Below are positions 21,451-32,745 of a stretch of 64,000 nucleotides of DNA, piece by piece. This DNA is from Methylophilaceae bacterium (lineage in GTDB: Bacteria; Pseudomonadota; Gammaproteobacteria; Burkholderiales; Methylophilaceae), in assembly GCA_014378915.1 (NCBI GenBank), contig JACMMS010000011.1, forward strand, positions 4,431 through 68,430, read 5' to 3'. Numbering within the stretch: position 1 is the first letter of the stretch; every line of letters starts with the position of its first letter. The notes below the pieces were generated by a model. The model made no database searches. It had not been told where the DNA came from and saw nothing but the letters and a program-made list of their open reading frames with translations. Both the position numbers and the translations under genes were made by a program.

Positions 21451-21547
21451 TCGTTGCAAATAAAATATCGCAGCTTATGCCTAATAGATTAAAATATTGA
21501 AAAAATATTCAACGGCCTTTAATTAAAGCTTACAAAAAGGAAAAACA

Positions 21548-22027
21548 ATGCAAATCTCCATGAACACCGTCGTAACAATGACTTATGAACTAAAAGATAC
21601 AGAAGGTACAGTCTTGGAATCTAGTACTGAGCCCGTAGCTTACTTACATGGCGGCTATGATAATATTTTTCCAAAAGTAGAAGAATTAATGCACGGCAAA
21701 AACGTAGGTGATGTGGTTTCAGTCACCTTAGAACCAGCAGATGCGTTTGGTGAGTACGATGAAGAGCTCGTACAAATCGAAGATATTAAAGCTTTTCCAG
21801 CAGCTGATCTTAAAGAAGGTATGCAGTTTGAAGGTGAAGACGATACTGGTGAAGTGATTTTATATACTGTAACCAATATTGCCGACGGCAAAGTGGTGGT
21901 TGATGGTAACCACCCGTGGGCTGGTGAACGTGTTTTATTCACGGCAACTATTACTGATGTGCGCTCTGCGCGTGCCGAAGAAGTCACGCATCAGCATGTT
22001 CATGGAGAAGGTGGTCATCACCACTAG
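21548..22027 (+). CDS. slyD: FKBP-type peptidyl-prolyl cis-trans isomerase SlyD
   Basis: VVTMTYELKDTEG..., an IF-domain insertion, NHPWAG, and a short His-rich tail HVHGEGGHHH. Confidence 0.9.
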   Translation: MQISMNTVVTMTYELKDTEGTVLESSTEPVAYLHGGYDNIFPKVEELMHGKNVGDVVSVTLEPADAFGEYDEELVQIEDIKAFPAADLKEGMQFEGEDDTGEVILYTVTNIADGKVVVDGNHPWAGERVLFTATITDVRSARAEEVTHQHVHGEGGHHH

Positions 22028-22070
22028 GCATTAAGAGCTAGGCGCTAATTTAAAAATTGTCCGTAAATTA

Positions 22071-22097
22071 AAAAGCACCTTAATAGGTGCTTTTTTT
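22071..22097 (+). terminator. Rho-independent terminator after slyD (could act bidirectionally)
   Basis: AGCACCT-TAAT-AGGTGCT followed by TTTTTTT and preceded by AAAA. Confidence 0.8.
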
Positions 22098-22121
22098 ATG
22101 AGCCCAAATCTAATAACTCAG

Positions 22122-23504
22122 CTACTTATTGTTCCGCAACTGCTTGGTCACACTCCACGCCACTCCTGCTAAAGCCAGTACGCCCAGTAGTAACACGACC
22201 CATAATATGATTGAGCGTTTTGAACTAGTTGCGCTAGCACTATTGAGATTAGGCATAGCAACCATAGCATCAACTGTAGCTTCACTTATACTGAGTTCAT
22301 CACCAGCTTTGTAATTAGGGATTAAACTTAATACAGGCAAAGCACATTCGCAGCCTCTTTTTTACCAACTGCGAGTATAAATGGTGCTTGTCCGTTCGCT
22401 ACAAATAGCATGTGCACAGGATTAAACAGCAGGTTAACACACGGTAAACTTTGTAGATGATTTTGATCGAAAGCGATAGCAGTTTCATCAGTAATGACGC
22501 GCAATTCACGCAGGCTTGTATTACTTAATGCAATTTCTGGGTTTAGCGGTTCTTTGCCCGCTTTGTTAAATCGATAAGCAACAGCGCTATTTAAATTTAT
22601 CCACTGCTAACCACTCTGAGTACGCACCTTCACCTGAATTGGCATCAGGGTATTAGGTGTATTAAGTTTAAAATATAAAGAAGTAATTTTGGAAAAAAAA
22701 GCATATTCCAACTCAGCATGTGTGGTTCTATCGCATATGGTTCACCTAAAGCAATGCTCATTTTTTTAATGCTAGGTACTATATCTGAGGTCGTAATTTG
22801 CACATGTCGCAAGGTCAATACTTGATTGGCTGGCCAGCTGACACGAATATATTCCTTATCTAAATTGGCGTTATTAAACACTGCACGCATTTGCTGTGGC
22901 GTATTTGTTTTACTTAATGCTACATCACCAAAGTTATAAAGCGGCTCTTCAAAAGCAATATTTCGCCATGTTTTAGAGTCACTACCCACATCTAAAGTAA
23001 TGGGCAGCGTGGTATTGGTAGCAAAATCAGCATCAAACTCTATGGCTGAAACTTTAGCAGATAGCGCGCGGGTATCAATTAACGCACCTATTATTTTCTG
23101 CTTTTCATTGAGATGATTAGAATTGGTGAGCACTTGCCCCACTCGTTTACCATTAGATTCTTCTATACTAATTTCGCTATTAGCGTTATTGATATTAATG
23201 CCACTTTCCGCCATGATTGGGTAAGTTATAAATTCTATTTTTTTATTAATCTGTTGTTGCTGGCTTTCCTTTATCCCTATGGCTAAAGGCACCGCCAGAC
23301 CTTGGCTATTAAATATTCGAATATCTGTGAGGCTCAGACTTTGAGTCTACTAGCAAATACGGCTGCAGGAGAGTTAAGTCCCTGCAAACCACCTTCTTCC
23401 GATATTTTCAGTGGTATTTTAAGCGCATAATCTGTAGGGTCTTCGGCATAGGCTAATTGACTAATCAGTGAAATAGCTGTGGTAACTAACTTAATCATTT
23501 TCAT
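22122..23504 (-). pseudogene. DUF3999-like exported protein, inactivated
   Basis: Signal peptide MKMIKLVTTAISLISQLAYA at 23504. Stops and frameshifts come within the first 60 codons. There is a 215-aa central fragment (22645-23292), a gap without an ORF (22341-22644), and a C-terminal TM fragment (22122-22340). The family call is from memory of the DUF2339/DUF3999 pairing. Confidence 0.5.
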
Positions 23505-23509
23505 TTCAG

Positions 23510-25176
23510 TTAAACCTCTTTTGCTTCATGCTCAATGCCTGATGCTGCCTTAGCAGGTAATGGCGCAAAATAGCCTACTACCAACGTCAATACACCAATC
23601 CCAATAAAAGTGACATGCGCTCTACGCTATGCACATGCGATAAATCAATGAGCATTAATTTGACCAAGTTTAAGCCAAGCAGGGCAGCGCCTAATAACCA
23701 TAATTGACGCGCATAATTGGCTAGTCGTTTTTTATTCGCCATTAGCATCACGCCTATAGCAATGAGAGTCCAAAGTATGGCGTAACCCATTTGTACAATA
23801 TCTGAATTAAACAGTGCGCTGGCATCCCAAGTGACACCTAAAAAGTGATGCAAAATGTGAAGCCAAACCGTATTAATTACGATAAAAATGGCGGCAATCA
23901 ATAACATTTTTGGCTTATTGCTTTTTATCCAATAAGCTAAGGCAATACCACTATTATTAAGGCGCAGTTTCCATAATATTAATGCAGCTAAGGCCAATGC
24001 AATAGTAATTTCGACGGGATTGAATAATGGAATATAAGGCAAAGGCTTGGTGTTGCCACTAGAGGCCATGGCAGTGGCAGTGGCAGTGGCAATGGCAATG
24101 GCACCAACATATACAAGTGCAGACATCAGCAATGTTGCGCGCCACAAGTAGGCTGCAATAAATGGCTTAAAAGGCCATTTATTAGAGGAGTTAGATCGGG
24201 TCCAGAAAGTGAAACCTAGCAAAACGAAAGTAGCAGAAACCATCATTGCAACGGTTGCCCAAGTGGTATTACCTAAATTACCCATACGGATTATATACAT
24301 CAATAAATTAGCCAATGTTGGTACCACTAGCCATGCGCCCAAAGTGGGCACCAGTGTAAACCAACTCCTAATAGCTTAACTGCATCTGCATTTCCGTCAA
24401 TTTTTCGAAACATACTGAAATGCAGATACAAGCAAAGTTGCCAGATTAGACAGCTGTAAGCATTTAAAATATTAATGTCTTCTGCCACATTAAATAACGT
24501 GACTAATATCATGATTGGCATGGTGAAACGCGCTGGCCAAGTTGCAACATTCCAGCTACATTTTAACCCTAAGTCGGGAGATAAAAAGTCACTCTCTACA
24601 AATAGCAACATCCTGAGATTAGCATATAAAGCAGTGGGTATAGCTGGGTGTAAATAACTACTTACAAGATAAGCAATATTTATATATATTTCACGCTGTA
24701 TTTCAAAATTAAATGCAACTAACCACCACAAAAATCCAAGCAAATAAAGCCTCGCGGCAGTCAATTTTTCAAAACCAATGAATGCGGTTTCCCATTGAGA
24801 AGCGTTTACTGATAGATGAGGATTTAATAGCGAAGCATTTAAATGTTCACTGTTATTTTGGTTATTTTTATAAGCCCACCACGCAATAGCGATGGCTGAT
24901 AATTACAACAGTAGTGCACCAATAAATGACGAATTAGCAAATGGGTAGCGTGCATAGTGAAAACTCATTACCTGAGTATCTATAGGGATACTTAAAAATA
25001 AAAATGCCTCCAAACCTTGTTGAAGTTATTTTATTTGCGTACGCACTGCACAAAGTTACGCCAGCAATGCTGCCAAAAATAGCACCGAATAGCCAATATG
25101 CATCGTGAAAAAATCCATAACTGGAACTGACTTCTCCCATTATCCAGCCAATAAATGCACCTAAAAACGCGCCCAT
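23510..25176 (-). pseudogene. DUF2339-like polytopic membrane protein, inactivated
   Basis: Hydrophobic fragments lie at 24934-25176, 24327-24764 and 23587-24351. A frameshifted tail ...GVLTLVVGYFAPLPAKAASGIEHEAKEV ends at 23510. There are at least 3 frame changes. The 5' limit is uncertain. Confidence 0.5.
24064..24105. repeat. Imperfect hexanucleotide tandem repeat (7 units GGCNNT)
   Basis: GGCCAT GGCAGT GGCAGT GGCAGT GGCAAT GGCAAT GGCACC. Encodes GAIAIATATATAMA on the minus strand, inside the DUF2339-like pseudogene. Confidence 0.85.
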
Positions 25177-25287
25177 ATAACCATTGAGCTTCTCTGCTAT
25201 TACTTTATATTTTTTTGTAACAATAAGTACTAAATAACTACATAATTTGTTATTTAGTTTTATCTTTCAAGTAATTTATTGTTTAAG

Positions 25288-27870
25288 CTAGAGCATGTTC
25301 TTAAGTTGATATAGCAGGTCTAACGCTTGTTTAGGCGTTAATTCATCAGGCTCTATGCATTCTAATTCACTGATGACTGGATGTAAAACTGGCTCGACTA
25401 TTTGCGAGCTACTCACAAACATATCAGTTTGCGAGTTATTGGTTTGATGCGCGACTTGGTTAATTTCCAGCTGGACAAGCTTACGTCTAGCACTCGCAAC
25501 TACTGATTTGGGGATGCCAGCCAATTGTGCCACTTGCAAGCCATAACTTTGATTGGCAGCGCCCTCCTCAACCTTATGCATAAAGACAATATTTTTATTC
25601 TCGCCTACACCATGCTCTACTGCATCAAGATGCACATTGGCGGCATGTTTAAATTCATCAATAATCCGTGTTAGTTCAAAATAATGCGTAGCAAACAGCG
25701 TAAAGCTACGATTTTTTTCCAGCAGCTGTTTCGCCACTGCCCATGCTAGCGATAAGCCATCGAATGTCGAAGTGCCGCGACCAATTTCATCTAGCAACAC
25801 CAAACTTTTATCAGTAGCATTATGCAAAATATTGGCAGTTTCAGTCATTTCAACCATAAAGGTAGAGCGGCCTCCTGCCAAATCATCTGACGCACCAATA
25901 CGTGTAAAAATACGGTCAATCTCACCAATCTTTACTGAGCTTGCTGGCACGTAACAACCGCAATGTGCGAGTAAAACAATCAGTGCAGTTTGTCGCATAA
26001 AGGTAGACTTACCGCCCATATTGGGGCCAGTAATCAGCAACAATTGTCGATAATGACTTAGCGTGACATCGTTACTGATAAACGGTTGCGTGAGTTGCTC
26101 AACAACAGGATGTCGACCATCAATAATATCAATACCTGCATCAGCAGTAAATTGCGGGGCCACATAATTTAAACTTGTAGCACGCTCTGCAAAACAACAC
26201 AACACGTCTAAGCTGGCCACAGCGCCGGCATTGGTTTGCAAGGCCGTAATATAAGGTGCTAAAAGATTGAGCACTTCTTCATAAAGCATTTTTTCACGTG
26301 CTAAAGCGCGATCATTGGCAGATAACACTTTGTCTTCAAAAGCTCTAAGTTCAGGTGTAATAAAACGTTCTACATTTTTTAAAGTTTGGCGACGGCGATA
26401 CTCCGCAGGTGCATTTTCAGCTTGTGTGCGACTAATCTCAATGTAAAAACCATGCACACTGTTAAATTCAACTTTAAGATTAGTTAAACCTGTTCGCTCT
26501 TTTTCTGCGGCTTCAAACTTTAGTAAAAAATCACCGTGGTTAGTTTGTATACTACGTAATTCATCTAGCTCGGTATCAAAGCCATCAGCAATCACACCGC
26601 CTTCACGCAATACTAATGAAGGCTCAGGCTTAATAGCTTTCTGTAACAAATCTTGTAAGCCAACTCGCACCTGCAAACTAGCGCATAAGCTTTCTATGAG
26701 TGAGTTTTCTCGCAGATTTGTATGTGCCCCTATGAAATGCGCTTGTAATAAAGGCAGCTGTTGCAAGGCCTCACGCAAACCAGATAAATCACGCGGCCTA
26801 GCTGTTTTAAGTGCAATACGTGTGGTGATGCGTTCTATATCGCCAATAGGTTTTAATGTGGCTTGAATCTTTAAAAACTGTTGACTACTCATCAAAGCAC
26901 AAACGGCTTGATGGCGCTTTGTCACTAAATGCGTATCACGCAAAGGATGATGTAACCAATGTCTTAGTAATCGGGCACCCATCGCGGTTTGAGCGGTATT
27001 AAGCAGTGAAAATAGTGTGGGCGTTTCCTCACCTCGCAGCGTTTGGTCAATCTCTAGGTTGCGACGTGTTGCGGCATCCAGCTGAATAAATTGACTGCTT
27101 TCCTCAACGTTTAAGCTGCTTAAATGGGGGAGAGTAGAGCGTTGTGTGTGCTTAATATAATCTAACAATGCGCCTGCGGCGCAAACAGCGGCATGCAAAT
27201 CTGCACAGCCAAAGCCATTTAAATCGTAGGTATTAAATTGTTTGGTGAGTGTTTGAAAAGCGGAATCGAAATCAAACTGGCAAGTTGCAAGACGTTTTTT
27301 AGGACATTTGATAGTGGAAATTGCAGCATGATTAAAATCATCGGCAAACAAAATTTCAGCTGGATGAATACGCTCAATTTCTTGAGCCAGCAAACCTGTC
27401 GCAATTTCGCTTAAAACAAAGCTGCCAGAAGCTAAATTAATACGGGCTAAACCCACTAAACCATCACTTGCAAAGATACTAAGTAACTGGCTATCACGAG
27501 TATCGTCCATCAACGCGCTATCTGTCAGCGTGCCAGGCGTTAGTATTCTCGAAACCGCGCGTGCTACCGGGCCCTTAGAGGTGGCCGGGTCCCCCACTTG
27601 TTCACAAATAGCGACAGCTTCGCCCAGTTTTGCTAGTTTCGCTAAATATTGGTCGGCTGCGTGATAAGGCACACCAGCCATTTTTATAGGTTCACCGTTG
27701 GATGAGCCACGTCTGGTTAACGTAATACCTAGAAGTTTGGATGCGAGCTCAGCATCTTCATGAAACAATTCATAAAAATCGCCCATCCGATAAAACAACA
27801 ACATATCAGGATGTTGTGCCTTAATCGCCCAATACTGGCGCATCATGGGTGTGTGATTATCTTGAGTCAT
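25288..27870 (-). CDS. mutS: DNA mismatch repair protein MutS
   Basis: 860 aa. [18 protein letters not shown] and Walker [10 protein letters not shown]. Confidence 0.97.
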   Translation of the reverse strand: MTQDNHTPMMRQYWAIKAQHPDMLLFYRMGDFYELFHEDAELASKLLGITLTRRGSSNGEPIKMAGVPYHAADQYLAKLAKLGEAVAICEQVGDPATSKGPVARAVSRILTPGTLTDSALMDDTRDSQLLSIFASDGLVGLARINLASGSFVLSEIATGLLAQEIERIHPAEILFADDFNHAAISTIKCPKKRLATCQFDFDSAFQTLTKQFNTYDLNGFGCADLHAAVCAAGALLDYIKHTQRSTLPHLSSLNVEESSQFIQLDAATRRNLEIDQTLRGEETPTLFSLLNTAQTAMGARLLRHWLHHPLRDTHLVTKRHQAVCALMSSQQFLKIQATLKPIGDIERITTRIALKTARPRDLSGLREALQQLPLLQAHFIGAHTNLRENSLIESLCASLQVRVGLQDLLQKAIKPEPSLVLREGGVIADGFDTELDELRSIQTNHGDFLLKFEAAEKERTGLTNLKVEFNSVHGFYIEISRTQAENAPAEYRRRQTLKNVERFITPELRAFEDKVLSANDRALAREKMLYEEVLNLLAPYITALQTNAGAVASLDVLCCFAERATSLNYVAPQFTADAGIDIIDGRHPVVEQLTQPFISNDVTLSHYRQLLLITGPNMGGKSTFMRQTALIVLLAHCGCYVPASSVKIGEIDRIFTRIGASDDLAGGRSTFMVEMTETANILHNATDKSLVLLDEIGRGTSTFDGLSLAWAVAKQLLEKNRSFTLFATHYFELTRIIDEFKHAANVHLDAVEHGVGENKNIVFMHKVEEGAANQSYGLQVAQLAGIPKSVVASARRKLVQLEINQVAHQTNNSQTDMFVSSSQIVEPVLHPVISELECIEPDELTPKQALDLLYQLKNML

Positions 27871-28079
27871 TGAAGCAATGATCTATCTTATTGATATTAT
27901 TAAATTAATTGACTTGCATTTTACATAAATAATCGCATTTATGCTTGTGCTAATTAACATTATCATCAATAATCGATGTTGTGCTTTACCACTATTCTCA
28001 ACCGCTTCCGCTTAATGCGTTTCACCGAACTAGCTATTTAATATAACCAGACAGCCAGTATCTTTAGCAAACATCTTTA

Positions 28080-29015
28080 TTATGGATGCCCAACATGTAG
28101 TACAATTTTACCTATTGCATGACCTGCTTCACTTAATTCATGGGCTTTTTTAACATGCTCTAGGGCGAATTCTGCACCGACTATCGGGCGTAGCTTGCCT
28201 TCGTCTACTAAAGTAGCCATTTCATTAAGAATGGCAGCATTGGGGTCTATGAAAATAAAAGCGCTACGCACACCTAGTTTTTTTGCCTGTTCATCTGATG
28301 GTTTACTATAGATTGACACCATAATGCCGTTAGGCTTTAAAACTTCCCATGATTCATCTTGAACGCGGCCGCCAAGAGTATCAAACACCACATCCATATT
28401 ACGCAACTCTTTGTTAAAAGCGTATCTCTCATAATCAATCACCTCATTTGCACCTAGTGATTGCACCAAGGACACATTACGTCCCGACGTAGTGGCATAG
28501 ACAATAGCGCCTGCATTTTTGGCCAGTTGAATTGCCAGTGAACCCACTCCACCAGCCCCTGCGTGAATCAATACACTTTGCCCACTTTTGAGTTTAGCAG
28601 TATTAAATAAAGCCTCCCATGCCGTGATGCCCGCCAGAGGTAATGAAGCAGCCTCAACATGAGAAATAGTTTTAGGCTTTAAAGCTAACTCATACTCAGC
28701 CACCGCTACGTACTCGGCATAGCAGCCATTACGTTTGACATCTGGCCGTGAAAATACGGCATCGCCCACTTTGAAGCGTGTAACATCAACGCCTATTGAT
28801 TCCACAACCCCTGAAACGTCCCAGCCTAATATTAAAGGAAAATCATAATGAATCATCTCCACTAAATGACCATCGCGAATTTTCCAATCAACTGGATTAA
28901 CCGAAGCCGCCACAACTTTTACAAGGACATCATCACGATTTAATTCTGGCAAAGGTGCATCTTCATAAACAAGTTGGCTTGCATCGCCATATTGGTGGAT
29001 TCTAACTGCTTTCAT
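28080..29015 (-). CDS. NADPH:quinone oxidoreductase-like medium-chain dehydrogenase/reductase
   Basis: 311 aa. MDR fold pattern (VKVVAASVNPVDWK, AGAGGVGSLAIQLAK). Confidence 0.8.
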   Translation of the reverse strand: MKAVRIHQYGDASQLVYEDAPLPELNRDDVLVKVVAASVNPVDWKIRDGHLVEMIHYDFPLILGWDVSGVVESIGVDVTRFKVGDAVFSRPDVKRNGCYAEYVAVAEYELALKPKTISHVEAASLPLAGITAWEALFNTAKLKSGQSVLIHAGAGGVGSLAIQLAKNAGAIVYATTSGRNVSLVQSLGANEVIDYERYAFNKELRNMDVVFDTLGGRVQDESWEVLKPNGIMVSIYSKPSDEQAKKLGVRSAFIFIDPNAAILNEMATLVDEGKLRPIVGAEFALEHVKKAHELSEAGHAIGKIVLHVGHP

Positions 29016-29053
29016 TTCAACTCCAAGCTATTCTTCAAGTTTGAATAAAGATT

Positions 29054-29878
29054 TTAGGTGTTTAAAAAATCCAATAAATCAGCGTTAAGTTGATCAGTAT
29101 TGGCATCAGCTAAGCCATGAGAACCCCCTTTATAAACACTTAACTTGGTATTTTTAATCAACTTAGCGGCACTAAGTGCAGAAGCCTCAATTGGCACAAT
29201 CTGGTCATCATCACCATGAATAATTAAGGTAGGTACATCAATTTTTTTTAGGTCTTCTGTGAAATCTGTTTCAGAAAAAGCTTGTATGCAATCAAACTGA
29301 TTTTTTAAACCACCCGCCATACCACGCAACCAAAAAGCATCTAGCACCCCTTGTGATACCTTGTTAATCAGATGATGATTATTACCATAAAATTTAACTG
29401 ATAAATCTTGGTAAAACTGTGATCGGTCTTTTATAACCCCTGCTCTGATTTCATCAAATACGCTGACAGGTAAGCCCAGCGGATTATTTTCGGTTTTTAA
29501 CATCAGAGGTGTAACAGAGCTAACTAATACAATTTTAGAAACTTTTGAGGTGCCGTGACGGCCTACATAGCGGGCAATTTCACCACCGCCCATTGAGTGA
29601 CCCACCAAAGTGACATCACTTAATGCTAAGCAGATGACTAAATCAGCTAAATCGTCAGCAAATGTGTCGTAATCGTTGCCTTGCCAAGGTTGGCTAGAGC
29701 GACCATGACCGCGGCGGTCGTAAGCAATGCATCTGTAGCCTTGGTCTGCTATAAATTTCATTTGAGAATCCCAAGCATCAGCGCAAAGTGGCCAGCCATG
29801 GCTAAAAACTACCGCTGGTCCAGTACCCCAGTCTTTGTAATAAAGTTGTGTGCCATCTTTGGTTGCGATCATATTCAT
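29054..29878 (-). CDS. Alpha/beta hydrolase, non-heme haloperoxidase / arylesterase family
   Basis: [20 protein letters not shown], nucleophile elbow [39 protein letters not shown], and a terminal LNADLLDFL block. Confidence 0.88.
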   Translation of the reverse strand: MNMIATKDGTQLYYKDWGTGPAVVFSHGWPLCADAWDSQMKFIADQGYRCIAYDRRGHGRSSQPWQGNDYDTFADDLADLVICLALSDVTLVGHSMGGGEIARYVGRHGTSKVSKIVLVSSVTPLMLKTENNPLGLPVSVFDEIRAGVIKDRSQFYQDLSVKFYGNNHHLINKVSQGVLDAFWLRGMAGGLKNQFDCIQAFSETDFTEDLKKIDVPTLIIHGDDDQIVPIEASALSAAKLIKNTKLSVYKGGSHGLADANTDQLNADLLDFLNT

Positions 29879-29926
29879 AAAAAAGCTCTTTTATACTCAT
29901 TTTTAAATGTGATTTATTGATTAAAT

Positions 29927-31003
29927 TTATGCAAGCGTAGCCATATCAATCACAAATCGATATTTCACGTCGCTACGCACGACACGATCAAATGCTTGAT
30001 TAATCTCATTCATTGCAATCATTTCCACATCACAAACAATGTCATGCTTGGCGGCAAAATCCAGCATTTCCTGCGTTTCTTTAATACCACCGATGAGTGA
30101 GCCTGCAAGTGAACGACGTTGAAAAATTAAACTGGCCGTATCTACTGGTGGATGTGGGTGATCAGGTACGCCTATCATGCACATCGTGCCATCACGCTTT
30201 AGTAATTGTAAAAATGGATTGAGATCGTGCGATGCTGCCACCGTATTAATAATAAAATCAAAACTGCCAGCATGCAGTTGCATTTCATTTGCTTTTTTAG
30301 AAATAACCACTTCATCTGCGCCCATTCTCAAGGCATCGCCTGTTTTGTTGGGTGATGTGGTAAATAAAACCGTTTTAGCGCCAAAAGCGTGTGACCATTT
30401 CACCGCCATATGGCCTAAGCCACCTAAGCCTACTACACCAACTTTATGGCCTTTGCTCACTTGCCAATGGCGCATCGGAGAATAAGTGGTAATGCCGGCA
30501 CATAGTAAAGGTGCAACAGCCGCTAGTTTTTCTGGTGAGGCCATTTTTTCGGAAATGTGTAATACAAAATGTTTATTGACAATGATATGTTTGGAATATC
30601 CGCCATAAGTCATCTTCCCGGTGTGTTTTTCTGGTGCGTTATAAGTAAACACTGTTCCCGCGCAGTACTGCTCTAAATCTTTATCGCAACTTCCGCATTC
30701 TCTGCATGAATCCACCATGCAGCCCACACCTGCCAAATCGCCGACTTTAAATTTTTTAACGTCTTTACCAACGGCTGTCACGCGCCCGACAATTTCGTGC
30801 CCTGGCACCATTGGATAAACCGATTGTGCCCACTCATCACGTACTTGATGCACATCAGAGTGGCACACACCGCAATACAAAATATCAATACTCACGTCAT
30901 CTTGTAATAATTCACGTCGTTCAAAGGTGAATGGTTCTAATGGTTTTTTTGCGCCTAGAGTAGCGTAGCCTTGTGTTTTAGTCATAGTTTTTCCTAATGT
31001 CAA
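29927..31003 (-). CDS. Zn-dependent NAD(P) alcohol dehydrogenase, cinnamyl-alcohol-dehydrogenase (YahK/AdhC-like) family
   Basis: CGVCHSDVH, GHEIVG, the structural-Zn cluster CRECGSCDKDLEQYC, and GLGGLGH. The start is probably MTKTQGYA (30985). Confidence 0.88.
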   Translation of the reverse strand: MTLGKTMTKTQGYATLGAKKPLEPFTFERRELLQDDVSIDILYCGVCHSDVHQVRDEWAQSVYPMVPGHEIVGRVTAVGKDVKKFKVGDLAGVGCMVDSCRECGSCDKDLEQYCAGTVFTYNAPEKHTGKMTYGGYSKHIIVNKHFVLHISEKMASPEKLAAVAPLLCAGITTYSPMRHWQVSKGHKVGVVGLGGLGHMAVKWSHAFGAKTVLFTTSPNKTGDALRMGADEVVISKKANEMQLHAGSFDFIINTVAASHDLNPFLQLLKRDGTMCMIGVPDHPHPPVDTASLIFQRRSLAGSLIGGIKETQEMLDFAAKHDIVCDVEMIAMNEINQAFDRVVRSDVKYRFVIDMATLA

Positions 31004-31094
31004 AAGTTGAAGTTACATCAAAATAAACGTTTGCTCTGTACGTTAGCGTACAAGATATTGTGCAAAAATTGACAGTAAAGTATGTTTGCATGTA

Positions 31095-31316
31095 TTACTC
31101 ATACTCTGCACTAGCCTTAAACCCTAGATTTGTAACCGCGCTAGAGACCTGGCTAAATGTTGCTAATGTTGGGTTGATTTGCATGACAACTTGACCACTC
31201 CACAACGAAACTGAAATATTCGTGAGGCCATCAATATGGTCTAGCGCTTCATAAACTTTGTCTATGCATGCGCCACTAATCATGCCCTGAATATCAAACA
31301 TCATGTTATTCATCAC
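31095..31316 (-). CDS. Small heavy-metal-associated (HMA/CopZ-like) fold protein with a degenerate metal-binding motif
   Basis: 73 aa with an HMA-like pattern F.IQGM...C...V..AL..IDG...V.V.L..G.V.V. The GMTCxxC site reads GMISGAC, so only one Cys remains. GAGGGAAG lies upstream of the start. Confidence 0.5.
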   Translation of the reverse strand: MMNNMMFDIQGMISGACIDKVYEALDHIDGLTNISVSLWSGQVVMQINPTLATFSQVSSAVTNLGFKASAEYE

Positions 31317-31736
31317 GAAACTTCCCTCGTATTAAATAGAACATAGAAACGCTACACATAATTCACCCTCGGTTTTAGATGGCCATAAGCACGCCATTAC
31401 TTAAAACTTTCCTTGATAAACTTTATTTATAATTATGTTTCCTCCTAAAATTAAAGTCTGTGCGCTAACCAACCAAATAACGCTTACTCAAACATTAATT
31501 TAATCAAAGAGGATGACGCAGCAATTAATCTGCAATATTTTGGGCTTTATAGATGAAAGTATCCCTGAAGCGACTGCTAAACTGACACGCAGTGATCTGA
31601 TCAGTTATCCCGCGGAGATATAGAAAAATTAAACAGACTAGGCTTAGGGAACTCTGTATGTAATTGCTATTGTGTCGTTAAAGCAGAATACGCATTCTGT
31701 TTGCTTAGTAAATATTTAAGCATGTCTTTTAAGCAA

Positions 31737-31773
31737 TAAAAAGCTCGGTAACCATAGAATGGATACCGAGCTC
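31737..31773 (-). terminator. Rho-independent terminator after galU
   Basis: Minus-strand AGCUCGGUA-loop-UACCGAGCU followed by UUUUU, 27 nt after the galU stop. Confidence 0.85.
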
Positions 31774-31799
31774 TATGGATATCTAAATCGAAGTGTGTA

Positions 31800-32678
31800 T
31801 TAGCTTTTTTTAAGTTTTATGGACTCAATTAAAGCTCTCAAATCGGCACCTACTTCAGGGTGCTTAAGTCCTAATCGAATGGTAGCTTCTAAGTAGCCAA
31901 ATTTTGATCCACAATCGTAACGCACACCATCAAAACGATAAGCTAATACTTGCTCTTCAGTTAACAGTGCAGAAATACCATCCGTCAGTTGAATTTCACC
32001 ACCAGCCCCAGCTTGCATTTTATCTAAATGATGAAAAATTCTTGGCGTCAAAATATAGCGCCCAACAACTCCTAAGGTAGATGGGGCGTCTTTAGGATCT
32101 GGTTTTTCAACAATCGCTGAAACTTGTTCGATATTTTTATTCATTGGTGTAGTTGCCACTATGCCGTAACTTTTAGTTTGATCAGCAGGTACGTTTTCAA
32201 CACCTAGCAATGAGCATTTGTAATAATCATAGGCATCCACCATTTGTTTCATGATTGGCACTCGGCCATCTAGTAAATCATCCGCGAGAATCACAGCAAA
32301 GGCATCATCATTAACCACTGGCTTAGCTAAACGTACCGCATGCCCCAAACCTAATGCTTGCGTTTGTCGGATGTAAATACAGTTAACATTTTTAGGTACT
32401 ATATTACGTACAATTTTCAATAACTCTTGCTTACCATTACGCTCAAGCTCATGCTCAAGTTCATACGCCATATCAAAATGATCAGAAATAGAGCGTTTAT
32501 TACGTCCCGTAATAAAAATAAGATCAGTAATACCAGCAGCTACCGCTTCTTCAACAGCATATTGAATCAATGGCTTATCTACAATTGGCAGCATTTCTTT
32601 AGGATTAGCTTTAGTCGCAGGTAAAAAACGTGTGCCCAAACCTGCTACTGGAAATACGGCTTTAGTAACTTTCTTCAT
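31800..32678 (-). CDS. galU: UTP--glucose-1-phosphate uridylyltransferase
   Basis: [26 protein letters not shown] and VEKP motifs. Confidence 0.95.
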   Translation of the reverse strand: MKKVTKAVFPVAGLGTRFLPATKANPKEMLPIVDKPLIQYAVEEAVAAGITDLIFITGRNKRSISDHFDMAYELEHELERNGKQELLKIVRNIVPKNVNCIYIRQTQALGLGHAVRLAKPVVNDDAFAVILADDLLDGRVPIMKQMVDAYDYYKCSLLGVENVPADQTKSYGIVATTPMNKNIEQVSAIVEKPDPKDAPSTLGVVGRYILTPRIFHHLDKMQAGAGGEIQLTDGISALLTEEQVLAYRFDGVRYDCGSKFGYLEATIRLGLKHPEVGADLRALIESIKLKKS

Positions 32679-32745
32679 AGCTTTGCTTCCTCTATTATTT
32701 TTTGGCTAGTTGATTATTAACTCATTTTACTACTACAAAAATGGT

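Noticed and set aside
31436-31620. Short broken frames (PKIKVCALTN..., ...ILGFIDESIPEATAKL...) faintly reminiscent of the N-terminus of phosphoribosylanthranilate isomerase (TrpF)
   Set aside because: The resemblance is a few residues over under 60 codons split across frames. That is too weak to call a gene relic without a database search.
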